64,000 nucleotides of DNA, taken from assembly GCA_027491395.1 (NCBI GenBank), contig JAOZFI010000039.1, forward strand, positions 9,147-73,146, given 5' to 3'. Below, piece after piece: positions 45,959 to 55,186 of the stretch. Source of the stretch: Thermoproteota archaeon. Its GTDB lineage: Archaea > Korarchaeota > Korarchaeia > Korarchaeales > Korarchaeaceae. Within the stretch, counting starts at the first letter, position 1. Every line of letters starts with the position of its first letter. The notes below the pieces were generated by a model. That model was given only the letters and a program-made list of their open reading frames with translations. It was not told where the DNA came from and searched no databases. Both the position numbers and the translations under genes were made by a program.

Positions 45959-47893
45959 ATGGTCAAGCTGAGATTGCCAGATGGGAGGGAGCTGGAGGCC
46001 AAAATAGGCGAGAGCATACTTGAGCAGATTCCTCCTGAGTCTGGACTCGTGGCTAAGGTGGACGGCAGGCTCGTGGATCTCACTTGGATTGTTCACGAGG
46101 GAGTGGAGACGATAGAGGTGCTGGACTTCAACTCCCCCGAGGGCAGGGAGACCTACTGGCACACCTCTTCCCATATACTGGCTCAGGCGGTGAAGAGGCT
46201 CTTCCCAGAGGCGAAGCTAGGAATAGGTCCTGCTATAGAGGAGGGCTTCTTCTACGACTTCGATCTCGGAGGAAGATCCTTCTCTCCGGAGGATCTGGAG
46301 AGGATAGAGGAGGAGATGAGGAGGATAGTGAGAGAGAACCTCCCAGTGGTCAGGGAGGAGATGGGGAGGGAGGAAGCCATCAAGCTGTTCAGGAGCATGG
46401 GCGAGGTATACAAAGTGGAACTCCTCGAGGAGATGGACGAGGATGTGGTCTCGGTCTACAGGCAGGGAGAGTTCGTGGACCTGTGCAGGGGACCTCATCT
46501 CCCCTACACCGGTTATGTGAAGGCCCTCAAGGTACTCCACGCCTCCTCAGCCTACTGGAGGGGTGACGAGAGGAACCCGGTGATGCAGAGGGTCTACGGA
46601 ATATCCTTCCCCACAGAGGAGGAGCTGAAGCGCTACCTGAAGATGAGGGAGGAAGCTAGGAAGAGGGATCACAGGATCGTAGGCCCGCAACTCGACCTCT
46701 TCTCCATGCCCTCCGAATTGATAGGGCCCGGTTTAGTGATCTGGCACCCCAAGGGGGCCCGAATAAGAAGGGTGATAGAGGATTTCCTAGTAAGGGTCCA
46801 TCTGAAGTGGGGTTACGAGCTCGTTTACTCACCCCACATAGCCTACACCAACCTCTGGAGGACCTCAGGTCACCTCAACTATTACAGGGACTTCATGTAC
46901 GTCTTCGAGAAGGAGGGGATAGAGCACGCAGTCAAGCCCATGAACTGTCCTTTCCACATACTCGTGTACAAGTCCAAGAGGAGGAGCTACAGGGAACTCC
47001 CAATGAGGCTGTTCGAGCTCGGCACAGTGTACAGGTACGAGAGGTCCGGAGTGTTACACGGCCTGCTCAGGGCTAGGGGGTTCACCCAAGATGACGCCCA
47101 CATCTTCACGACCCCGGAGAAGCTGGAGGAGGAGATATTCAGGGTCATAGAGCTGGACGAGTACCTGATGCGATCCTTCGGCTTCGAGGAGTTCAAGGTG
47201 GAGATCTCCACGTGGGACCCGAGGCGTCCCGAAGAATACATGGGGAGCGAGGAGGACTGGATCAGGGCTCAATCAGCTTTGGAAGAGGCGTTAAGGAATA
47301 AAGGCTACGAGTATGAGGTGATGGAGGGTGAGGCCGCCTTCTATGGACCCAAGATAGATGTGAAGCTCGTGGACTCCATAGGGAGGGAGTGGCAGCTGAG
47401 CACCATACAGCTCGACTTCAACCTCCCCAAGAGGTTCAATGTCACTTACGTAGACGCCGACGGGAGTGAGAAGACCGTCATTATGATACATAGAGCCCTT
47501 CTAGGATCCATAGAGAGGTTCTTCGGCATACTGCTCGAGCACTACGCCGGGAACTTCCCCCTCTGGCTAGCCCCAGTTCAGGCGAGGGTATTGCCCGTAG
47601 CTGAGAGGCATCTGGACAGGGCGAGGGAGGTTCTAGATCGCCTGCTCAGTGCCGGAATCAGGGCTGATCTGGATGACGCCAGAGGGACCCTTGGGTACAG
47701 GATAAGGGAGAGCGAGCTGGAGAAGGTACCGATCCTCCTAGTGATAGGTGACAGGGAGGTAGAGTCTGGTAAGGTGGCGGTGAGGCGCAAGGGCAAGGGG
47801 AACCTTGGGTCCATGGATCTGGAGGAGTTCCTCAGGGAGTTCACGGAGGAGTTCTTGCCGCCGGATCTGAGGGGAGGCTCCTCAACTTTTTAG
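45959..47893 (+). CDS. thrS: Threonyl-tRNA synthetase, full-length bacterial-type architecture (TGS, N2 editing, catalytic, anticodon-binding)
   Basis: WHTSSH, GIGPAIE, DLCRGPH, RDHR, KPMNCP, YRYE, FTQDDAH, AFYGPK, HRA. ATG follows a GGAGGTG SD. Confidence 0.96.
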   Translation: MVKLRLPDGRELEAKIGESILEQIPPESGLVAKVDGRLVDLTWIVHEGVETIEVLDFNSPEGRETYWHTSSHILAQAVKRLFPEAKLGIGPAIEEGFFYDFDLGGRSFSPEDLERIEEEMRRIVRENLPVVREEMGREEAIKLFRSMGEVYKVELLEEMDEDVVSVYRQGEFVDLCRGPHLPYTGYVKALKVLHASSAYWRGDERNPVMQRVYGISFPTEEELKRYLKMREEARKRDHRIVGPQLDLFSMPSELIGPGLVIWHPKGARIRRVIEDFLVRVHLKWGYELVYSPHIAYTNLWRTSGHLNYYRDFMYVFEKEGIEHAVKPMNCPFHILVYKSKRRSYRELPMRLFELGTVYRYERSGVLHGLLRARGFTQDDAHIFTTPEKLEEEIFRVIELDEYLMRSFGFEEFKVEISTWDPRRPEEYMGSEEDWIRAQSALEEALRNKGYEYEVMEGEAAFYGPKIDVKLVDSIGREWQLSTIQLDFNLPKRFNVTYVDADGSEKTVIMIHRALLGSIERFFGILLEHYAGNFPLWLAPVQARVLPVAERHLDRAREVLDRLLSAGIRADLDDARGTLGYRIRESELEKVPILLVIGDREVESGKVAVRRKGKGNLGSMDLEEFLREFTEEFLPPDLRGGSSTF

Positions 47894-47915
47894 CTTCTCC
47901 CCGCCCCTTCCGTAT

Positions 47916-48461
47916 ATGAGGTTCAAATCCCTGATCCTAGGAGTAGGGGCATTAGCGGTTCCACTGTTCCTTGTCTTCCTCTCGATAGCCTTTTCCCCTT
48001 GGTTTCGGTGGGAGGCTAACGCCCTCAGCGATCTAGGTCACTCCCTAAAGAGCCCCGTGGCTCCTCTGTTTAACGTGGGCCTCGTCACGGGAGGACTCTT
48101 GATGATTCTCTACTCCGTCCTCTACATGATTAGGAAGTACCCCCATACCTCGAAGCTCATGGCAGCATCTGGCTACTTCCTGATGCTGGTAGGGACCTTT
48201 GACGAGGTATACGGGGGGCTCCACTTCCTAGTATCTCTGTTCTTCTTCTTGGGGATCGCTATAGCAGCTATAATTTACAGTTACGAGGGGAGGAAGAACT
48301 ATCCGGTGATTTCCACCGTAGTAATTGCGGTCTCTTGGGCGCTGCAACTGTCCGGGGCCTGCCCGTGTGGTGAAGCGGTTCCCGAGATGATCTCGATTCT
48401 AGTGACCCTTCCGTGGTACTTGGACTCGTTGAGGAATGTGGAGAGGAGTCTTAAGTGGTAG
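47916..48461 (+). CDS. DUF998-family membrane protein
   Basis: WFRWEANALSDLG, FNVGL, VGTF.E, HFLVS, VPEM. Confidence 0.75.
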   Translation: MRFKSLILGVGALAVPLFLVFLSIAFSPWFRWEANALSDLGHSLKSPVAPLFNVGLVTGGLLMILYSVLYMIRKYPHTSKLMAASGYFLMLVGTFDEVYGGLHFLVSLFFFLGIAIAAIIYSYEGRKNYPVISTVVIAVSWALQLSGACPCGEAVPEMISILVTLPWYLDSLRNVERSLKW

Positions 48462-48465
48462 TGGG

Positions 48466-49620
48466 GTGGTGGATACGGAACTGCGGCGGAGAGAGGTCTA
48501 CAAAGCGATTATCTTGTTTGGACTCGTGAGCCTAGTGGGGGATGTGATCTATGAAGGGGCTAGGGCGGTAGCCCCATCCTATTTGGGAGCTTTAGGTGCT
48601 ACCGCCCTAGTGGTGGGACTGGTCTTCGGCGTCTCCGAGTTCGTTGGACTGTCCCTGAGGCTTGTCAGTGGTGTGTTGGCCGACATCACGGGCGCTTACT
48701 GGGCCCTCTATCTACTAGGCTACGGCCTGATAGTGTCGATACCCCTCCTCGGCCTGACCAACCTGTGGCCCGTGGCCGTGGCCCTGATCTTCGCTGAAAG
48801 GGTCGCTAAGGGACTCAGATCTCCAGCGAGGGATGTCCTAATCTCTGCAGTGTCCAAGGGTGTTGGCGCCGGGAAGGCGTTCGGCTTGCACGAACTCATG
48901 GATCAGGTAGGTGCCATCGCTGGACCGGCGCTGCTGGGCACGATTTTATTCCTCCGACCCAACGACTACTCCTCGGCCTTCCTCTCGCTCCTGATCCCTT
49001 ATCTCGTCCTGTTAACCTCGATCCTCTACATCTACTACAGGTTCAGGGCCGTGATCCCCTCGGGGAGGAGGACCAAGTTCAGCCTATCTGACCTCCCGAC
49101 TAACTTCTGGATATACACGCTGGCGGTCTTCCTGAACACGGCCGGTCTGATTCATGTCTCTCTAATTGTGCTTACCTCCAGCGAGGCCTTTTCCCCTTGG
49201 ATGGCCGCCTACCTCTATGTACTCATGCAGGCGGTGGATGCGATCTCCGCTCCGCTGGCGGGTCTCGCCTACGACAGGATGGGGAGGAAGGTGCTGTACC
49301 TGCCGTTCCTGCTCTCCCCGATACCATCCATAGCCACCCTGATGGGAGGAAGCAACGTGATCTTGGCGGTGATCTTCTTCGGAGTGATATACGGGATGCA
49401 GGAGTCCATCTACAGAGCAGCAGTATCAGATCTAGTCTCAATGGAGGTGAGAGGAACGGCTTACGGTATGTTCAACACAGCCTACGGTCTCGGTTTTCTG
49501 GTGAGCGGCTCACTCTTCGGGTACTTCCTCTACACCGGGGATGTGCTCTCGGGTACACTTTTCTCCGTTGCCGCGCAGATTGTAGCGGTAATCGCCCTCT
49601 ACAGGTCTCTACTCGATTGA
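48466..49620 (+). CDS. MFS transporter; start approximate
   Basis: About 12 TM, GVLADITG, ERVAKGLRSPARD, GLAYDRMG. Confidence 0.85.
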   Translation: MVDTELRRREVYKAIILFGLVSLVGDVIYEGARAVAPSYLGALGATALVVGLVFGVSEFVGLSLRLVSGVLADITGAYWALYLLGYGLIVSIPLLGLTNLWPVAVALIFAERVAKGLRSPARDVLISAVSKGVGAGKAFGLHELMDQVGAIAGPALLGTILFLRPNDYSSAFLSLLIPYLVLLTSILYIYYRFRAVIPSGRRTKFSLSDLPTNFWIYTLAVFLNTAGLIHVSLIVLTSSEAFSPWMAAYLYVLMQAVDAISAPLAGLAYDRMGRKVLYLPFLLSPIPSIATLMGGSNVILAVIFFGVIYGMQESIYRAAVSDLVSMEVRGTAYGMFNTAYGLGFLVSGSLFGYFLYTGDVLSGTLFSVAAQIVAVIALYRSLLD

Positions 49621-50511
49621 GATCCCCACCCCCTCTAATACCTCTCTTATCTTTGCCCTAACCTCGGCGGATTCTACCATGAGAGGGGGCCTGCACACCT
49701 CCTTCACCGGAGCTCCTAGTATCGACAGGGCAGTCTTTATCGCGGTCGGGAACGAGGATGCGAAGTCATATATCCTAGCAAGACTCGCGAGCTTTCTGAA
49801 CCCTTCCACGGCGCCTTTGAGATCTCCTGAGAGCCACGACCGGTGTATCGACAGGTGGATCTCGGGGGCAACGTTGGCTAGGGCCATGATCCCGCCGTCC
49901 CCTCCTAGAGCTAGGGTGTTGAGCAAGTGGTCATCCATCCCGGTCATCACCGAGAAGTCCGGCCTGACGGATTTTACCCTGACCACGAGATTTCGCATGT
50001 ATGAGACGCTGTCCTTTGTCACCTTCGCGCCTACCACGTTGGGGAACTCCTCAGCAAGCCTGACGTAGACGCTCACTGGGATGTCGTTCCCAGTTAGGGA
50101 CGGTATGTTGTATATGATGAGCGGTAGATCCAAGGAGTTGGCTATCCTGCTGAAGTGGTGAAGAAGCCAGTCCTCCTTAAGCTTGAAGAAGTAAGGGGGC
50201 ATCACCACGGCACCGTCTGCTCCTAGATCTTTCATCTCCCTACCGAGCGAAATGGCCTCCTCTGTATAATTTGAGCTTATTCCAGGAAGTATCTTGGGTC
50301 CCTCAACAGCATCCAGACTTATCTTCACTATGTCGAGCATCTCGTCCCTTCTCAGGTGAACGAATTCCCCTGTAGTCGAGTTGACGAAGATGCCGTCAAC
50401 TCCTTTCTCACTTAGGAATGAAACGAGCCATCTCAGGGCCTCTTCATCGATGGAAAGGTCCTCATTGAAGGGGGTTATCATCGGAACTATTACTCCGGAA
50501 AATCCCTTCAT
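49609..50511 (-). CDS. DapA/NAL-family aldolase-lyase; substrate uncertain
   Basis: PMITPF, STTGEF, YNIPSLTG, Schiff-base Lys in GAKVT, GGIMALAN. Confidence 0.85.
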   Translation of the reverse strand: MKGFSGVIVPMITPFNEDLSIDEEALRWLVSFLSEKGVDGIFVNSTTGEFVHLRRDEMLDIVKISLDAVEGPKILPGISSNYTEEAISLGREMKDLGADGAVVMPPYFFKLKEDWLLHHFSRIANSLDLPLIIYNIPSLTGNDIPVSVYVRLAEEFPNVVGAKVTKDSVSYMRNLVVRVKSVRPDFSVMTGMDDHLLNTLALGGDGGIMALANVAPEIHLSIHRSWLSGDLKGAVEGFRKLASLARIYDFASSFPTAIKTALSILGAPVKEVCRPPLMVESAEVRAKIREVLEGVGISIE

Positions 50512-50543
50512 ATGAATGAGAGGGGGAGGAGATCATATAATCC

Positions 50544-50726
50544 CTAGGTGGTGAGGGACCTCTGCAGTCCCTGAACGTACTTGGCAAGGAGGTAGGCCAT
50601 GGCCAAGTTAGTGGTGGCCATGAGTATGCCGACCCCTCCGTCGAATCCCATCAGGGTCAGCACCAGCCCTACATGGTAGGCGAGGGCGTTGCCCACCATC
50701 AATCCGAAGGTCCTCAAGGCCACCAC
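50544..50726 (-). CDS. ~60-aa two-TM membrane protein
   Basis: Hydrophobic ORF. A TATA at 50746-50754 favours a leaderless GTG near 50726. Confidence 0.45.
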   Translation of the reverse strand: MVALRTFGLMVGNALAYHVGLVLTLMGFDGGVGILMATTNLAMAYLLAKYVQGLQRSLTT

Positions 50727-50919
50727 CCCAGATCCCTCCATCAACGTTATAAATGCAAATCGCTTGATATCGTTTCATAACGTTTCAATAGGATCGTAAG
50801 GACCCTTCCAACTATTTCAGTTCGGTAGGAGGGAGAACTATGGGTAATTCCATGGGAGAAGATCATTTGGTGGAAGGTGAAGACTTTTGAGATCAGGGAG
50901 TAAGGTAACTGGAGTTAAC

Positions 50920-52008
50920 ATGAGAGTGTATTTGGACAACGAACTCTCACCTAGGCCCCCGGACGAGGTCGTAGAGTCCCTCATCCCCTTCTTCAATAAG
51001 AAGGCCTACGGATCCCCAAAGGTACCACATGAACCCGGTCTGGAGGCTTATCAGTTCATCCAAGAGGTGCTGGAGTACCTGAGCTCCCTGCTAGACTCCG
51101 ATGGCGATTTCACGATTGTAGGGAGCGGGACAGAAGCCAATAATCTAGCCTTGAGGGGCATCATCAGGTTCCTCAGTAAGAGGGGTAATCTGGTGACTAG
51201 TTCGGTTGAGCACAGGAGCGTGCTCGGTCCCCTAGAGGACCTATCCCAAATACTTGAGGTGAGGATGGCTCCAGTCGATGAGGACGGTCATGTAAGGGTT
51301 GAGGAGCTCGAGAGGCTAATTGATAGAGAGACAATTCTGGTCAGCGTCCAGATGGTGAATCAGGAGACTGGAGCGATCCACGATCTGGATGCGATCTCTG
51401 ACATAACTAGGGATAAAGGAGTTTTCCTGCACGTGGATGCCTGCGATGCCTTGGGGAGACTGCACATAGATCTATCCAAGGTGGACCTCCTCTCCTTAAG
51501 TGGAAGCAAGATCTACGGCCCCAGAGGAGTCGGTCTCCTTTACGTCAGGGAGGACTTGGATCTGGAGCCTATAATGTCGGGAAGCACTGGGATACAACTG
51601 CTAACTCCTGTCGATGTAAATATACCTGCTTTGGCGGGTTTCTACAAGGCCTTACAGCTGTTCGGATCCCCCGAAAAATGGGGGGAGGTGAAGAGGATGA
51701 GGGACAGGATATCTAGGGAGCTGGAGGGTACAGGTGTGGTAATGAATAGTCCACCGGACTCGATTGACACTATTAACTTTTCAGTGAGGGAGGGAGCCGG
51801 AGCCCTCATACTAGAGGCGAGTACACGCGGACTCTACCTGTCTCAGGGCACCTCCGAGCCAGTGAGCTACGTGCTCACCGCCATGGGGAGGGCTAGGAAG
51901 CTAGCCGCTAACGGCCTCGTGTTAAAGCTTCATCCATATATGAGGTGGGAGGAGGTCGAATTCACGATTGAAGTATTGAGCGACTTGCTGGGTGAGAAGA
52001 AAGCGTGA
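50920..52008 (+). CDS. IscS/NifS-like class V PLP protein lacking the catalytic Cys
   Basis: YLDN, GTEANN, EH, VNQETG, HVDA, SKIYGPRGVG. The loop reads LSQGTSEPV. Confidence 0.8.
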   Translation: MRVYLDNELSPRPPDEVVESLIPFFNKKAYGSPKVPHEPGLEAYQFIQEVLEYLSSLLDSDGDFTIVGSGTEANNLALRGIIRFLSKRGNLVTSSVEHRSVLGPLEDLSQILEVRMAPVDEDGHVRVEELERLIDRETILVSVQMVNQETGAIHDLDAISDITRDKGVFLHVDACDALGRLHIDLSKVDLLSLSGSKIYGPRGVGLLYVREDLDLEPIMSGSTGIQLLTPVDVNIPALAGFYKALQLFGSPEKWGEVKRMRDRISRELEGTGVVMNSPPDSIDTINFSVREGAGALILEASTRGLYLSQGTSEPVSYVLTAMGRARKLAANGLVLKLHPYMRWEEVEFTIEVLSDLLGEKKA

Positions 52009-52093
52009 AGAGGACGAGTTCTCACGGATCATTTCACATATGAAAAAAGGAAACTATTTCAAATATACTTTGAACTGAACCATGGTGCCCCAT

Positions 52094-53476
52094 ATGTCCG
52101 AGCACAAGCCGACTGTTGAGGAGCTTCTTAAGAAGGCTGAAAAGCCTTCCAAGCTAGCCCTTGCATATCACCCATTTTATGAGGGCAAGGTCCAGGTCAT
52201 GCCCAAATGTGTCGTCAGGGATGTGGACGACTTTGCCATATGGTATACGCCCGGAGTTGCAGCCTCGTGCAAGGTGATAAAGGAGGATCCCGAGCAGTCC
52301 TTCTACCATACCAACAGGTGGAATTACGTTGCCGTCGTGAGCGACGGCACCAGAGTTCTGGGCCTCGGCAATATAGGTCCGGAAGCAGGTCTACCCGTGA
52401 TGGAGGGTAAGGCCCTCCTGTTCAAGTATCTAGGGGGCGTTGATGCCTTTCCACTGGTTGTTAGGGCTCACAAGCCAGATGAGATGCTCAAACTCTTGGA
52501 ATGGATCGAGCCCAACTTTGGTGGGATCAATTTGGAGGATATAGAGAAGCCGAAATGCTATTACGTGCTGGAAGAAGCTAGAAAAAGGTTGGAAATTCCC
52601 GTATGGCACGATGATCAGCAGGGCACAGCAACTGTAGTCTATGCGGGTCTAAAGAATGCATTTAAACTAGTTGGTAAGGATATGAAGCAATCTAAAATAG
52701 TATTCTATGGAGCGGGGGCTGCTAACCTGAGAAGTGCAATAGTCTTGATAAAGGCAGGCGTTCCACCTAAGAACATAGTAATGATAGACAGCAAAGGGCC
52801 TCTCTACAGGGATAGACCAGACATGGAGAGTATAAAGGAGAAAGATCCATGGAAATACGATCTGACCATGAAGACCAACGGAGAAAACGCGAAAACCATA
52901 GAAGAGGCATTCAAGGGAGCTGATGCCTTGGTAGCCATGAGCAAGCCTGGGCCGGGAGTGGTTAAGAAGGAATGGATAAAGTTGATGAATGACGATCCCA
53001 TAGTATTCGCTTGTGCGAATCCAATACCTGAGATATGGCCATGGGAGGCCAAGGAGGCCGGAGCTAAGATAGTAGCTACGGGCAGGAGCGACTTCCCGAA
53101 TCAAGTGAACAATAGCCTCGGATTCCCCGCCATATTCAGAGGGGTCCTAGATGTCAGAGCTAAAACTATAACAGACGAGATGTGCATAGCCGCTGGAGAT
53201 GCTTTAGCCAAGTTCGCTGAGGAAAAGGGGATACATGAAGACTATATAATCCCAACCATGGACGAGTGGGAGGTCTACCCAATCGAGGCCGTTGCTGCAG
53301 CTGAGCAGTCCATCAAACAAGGAGTTGCTAGGAAGATCCTCAGCAGGAACGAGCTCTACGAGAGGGCGGTGAATATAATCAAGAATGCCAGAGAAGCAAC
53401 TAAGCTTCTCATGGAGAAGGGCCTGATACCCTCACCGCCTCCCGAGGAGGAGGTCTTGGAGAGCTACGGCCCGTAA
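52094..53476 (+). CDS. mae: NAD(P)-dependent malic enzyme
   Basis: [56 protein letters not shown]. Confidence 0.93.
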   Translation: MSEHKPTVEELLKKAEKPSKLALAYHPFYEGKVQVMPKCVVRDVDDFAIWYTPGVAASCKVIKEDPEQSFYHTNRWNYVAVVSDGTRVLGLGNIGPEAGLPVMEGKALLFKYLGGVDAFPLVVRAHKPDEMLKLLEWIEPNFGGINLEDIEKPKCYYVLEEARKRLEIPVWHDDQQGTATVVYAGLKNAFKLVGKDMKQSKIVFYGAGAANLRSAIVLIKAGVPPKNIVMIDSKGPLYRDRPDMESIKEKDPWKYDLTMKTNGENAKTIEEAFKGADALVAMSKPGPGVVKKEWIKLMNDDPIVFACANPIPEIWPWEAKEAGAKIVATGRSDFPNQVNNSLGFPAIFRGVLDVRAKTITDEMCIAAGDALAKFAEEKGIHEDYIIPTMDEWEVYPIEAVAAAEQSIKQGVARKILSRNELYERAVNIIKNAREATKLLMEKGLIPSPPPEEEVLESYGP

Positions 53477-53566
53477 TTTCTCTCCTATTTTTCGAGCCCT
53501 CTTACTCCGGGGAGCCCCGCCAGCTGCATACAGTTCACTTTTTAACGCTGGGTGTCCTCCTAGCTT

Positions 53567-55177
53567 ATGCGGCTAAGCTTCGCAGCATTACTGACACTCT
53601 TGCTCGCATCACAAGCCCTCCCAATCCAAGCATCCCCGCAGGGTCTTAAGATCCTAATAATAGCCAACGAGTTCGATTCCAAGGCCGCAGATGTATTGAA
53701 GGCGGCCCTCTTGGAGCTTGGCATGAAAGTGGAGAGGTCCACTAAGCCTTCTGATGGTTACGAGCTCTATTTCGTCCTAGGTGGGCCGCTTGCTAAGGAT
53801 GTGGGACACCTCTCTAGGAAGCTGCTACCTCGAGAGGAGTCACAAGCTCTCATGAATGTTAGGGGGTACTGGACTTTTGTCCTCTCTTCCATTGATGGGA
53901 GGGACGCTCTGGTCATCGCGGGTCACACTAGAAAGGAGACCCTACAAGCCGTCAAGTCCCTCCTAGACAAAGGGATTGTGGACTTCGTGGTTGATAGGGA
54001 GGTGAGGATAGCACCCCCTCTCTCTGAAAAAGAGATGAGGAATACTACCTCGCTTCACTTCAAGTGGAGGTTCCCCCCCAAGGTGGGCAAGGACTACGAG
54101 TTCTCTCTAGATGTTCCCTTACCTCTAATAGATTTCTTTAAGGTCAAACCGAGGATGAAAGTGGTCGAGTTCAATGAGAGCAAAGAGACCCTGATATTCA
54201 CGTGGTACCTGATGGTCAGGACGCCCCACGACGATCCTTACATCTCCAAACTAGTAGAAAAGCTCGAATCCATTGCAGAGAGCGAGGGAATGGACGAGTA
54301 TAGGAAGCTCTGGTTCGTCGCCTCCTTCGTCCAGAGCCTGAAGTACTCGTTAGCAAACGAGTTCTCCCCCACCGGGGATTACCCCAGCTACCCGTTAGAG
54401 ACCCTTTACAGGGGTAACGGCGATTGCGAGGACCTATCAATACTCCTCATATCCCTCTACGAGCAAATGGGCTACAAGTCAGCCCTTCTGATAATGCCCA
54501 CCCACGCTGCGGCCGCTGTATCCATGAATCCTGAACTGGTGAGGTGGCCTCGTGTCAGGGCTGATGTGATAGACTTTGAGGGGACACCAGTTGTTCTCGT
54601 TGATCTTCTAGATCTCCAGAGAAAATTGGAGGAGGGACCAGCTTCCTTGGAATTCGAACTAGGTGGGACGAGCTACTTCTACGTGGAGACCACTAACTTC
54701 TTCATGCCAGGCGAGATTCCTGATCTGACGTGGCTGGCCGATCAAATAGGCTGGTACTACAGGGAATTCCCCCTCTTCGTCGTGAGCACGGAGGGAGTCT
54801 CCGTTCCACTCATAGCCAACTACATCATAGCCACTAGGAGGATAGGAGACGGGTACGGGGTTACGGTTATAGTCAAGGTAGCCAACGTGGGTGATAGGGA
54901 AACGGTTCCCCTCAGACTGGAAGCTCAACTCTACCCCCTAAGCCAGGTGAAGGTTGGAGGGAACGATCCCCACCTCGTGAGACTCGGGGAAGCTGGCGAT
55001 AGGTTGACCTTGGACAGGAAGGTCGAGCTGGTGGATGTGGGTTCCTTGAAATCGGGTACTGTAAAGACGATAGTGATCAACTTCTATACCGTGGTCTCAA
55101 AGATGGGCGCAGGCATCACTCTGAAGTACCAAGATTCGGATCTGGATTTCATCAGGATAAGGCCGTTCAATCCGTGA
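53567..55177 (+). CDS. Exported protein: S-layer-type N-terminal domain plus transglutaminase-like Cys-His-Glu domain
   Basis: Signal peptide; VLGGPLA...IAGHTRKET; YPLETL...GDCEDLS, PTHAA, YVETT. Confidence 0.75.
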   Translation: MRLSFAALLTLLLASQALPIQASPQGLKILIIANEFDSKAADVLKAALLELGMKVERSTKPSDGYELYFVLGGPLAKDVGHLSRKLLPREESQALMNVRGYWTFVLSSIDGRDALVIAGHTRKETLQAVKSLLDKGIVDFVVDREVRIAPPLSEKEMRNTTSLHFKWRFPPKVGKDYEFSLDVPLPLIDFFKVKPRMKVVEFNESKETLIFTWYLMVRTPHDDPYISKLVEKLESIAESEGMDEYRKLWFVASFVQSLKYSLANEFSPTGDYPSYPLETLYRGNGDCEDLSILLISLYEQMGYKSALLIMPTHAAAAVSMNPELVRWPRVRADVIDFEGTPVVLVDLLDLQRKLEEGPASLEFELGGTSYFYVETTNFFMPGEIPDLTWLADQIGWYYREFPLFVVSTEGVSVPLIANYIIATRRIGDGYGVTVIVKVANVGDRETVPLRLEAQLYPLSQVKVGGNDPHLVRLGEAGDRLTLDRKVELVDVGSLKSGTVKTIVINFYTVVSKMGAGITLKYQDSDLDFIRIRPFNP

Positions 55178-55186
55178 GGTGATCAG

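Noticed and set aside
37804-47893. Three aminoacyl-tRNA synthetase genes within 10 kb
   Set aside because: They are separated by unrelated opposite-strand genes and share no leader. No evidence of a functional cluster.
47920-47930. GGTTCAAATCC, resembling a tRNA T-loop
   Set aside because: It lies in the first codons of the DUF998 gene (MRFKS); no acceptor, D or anticodon arms.
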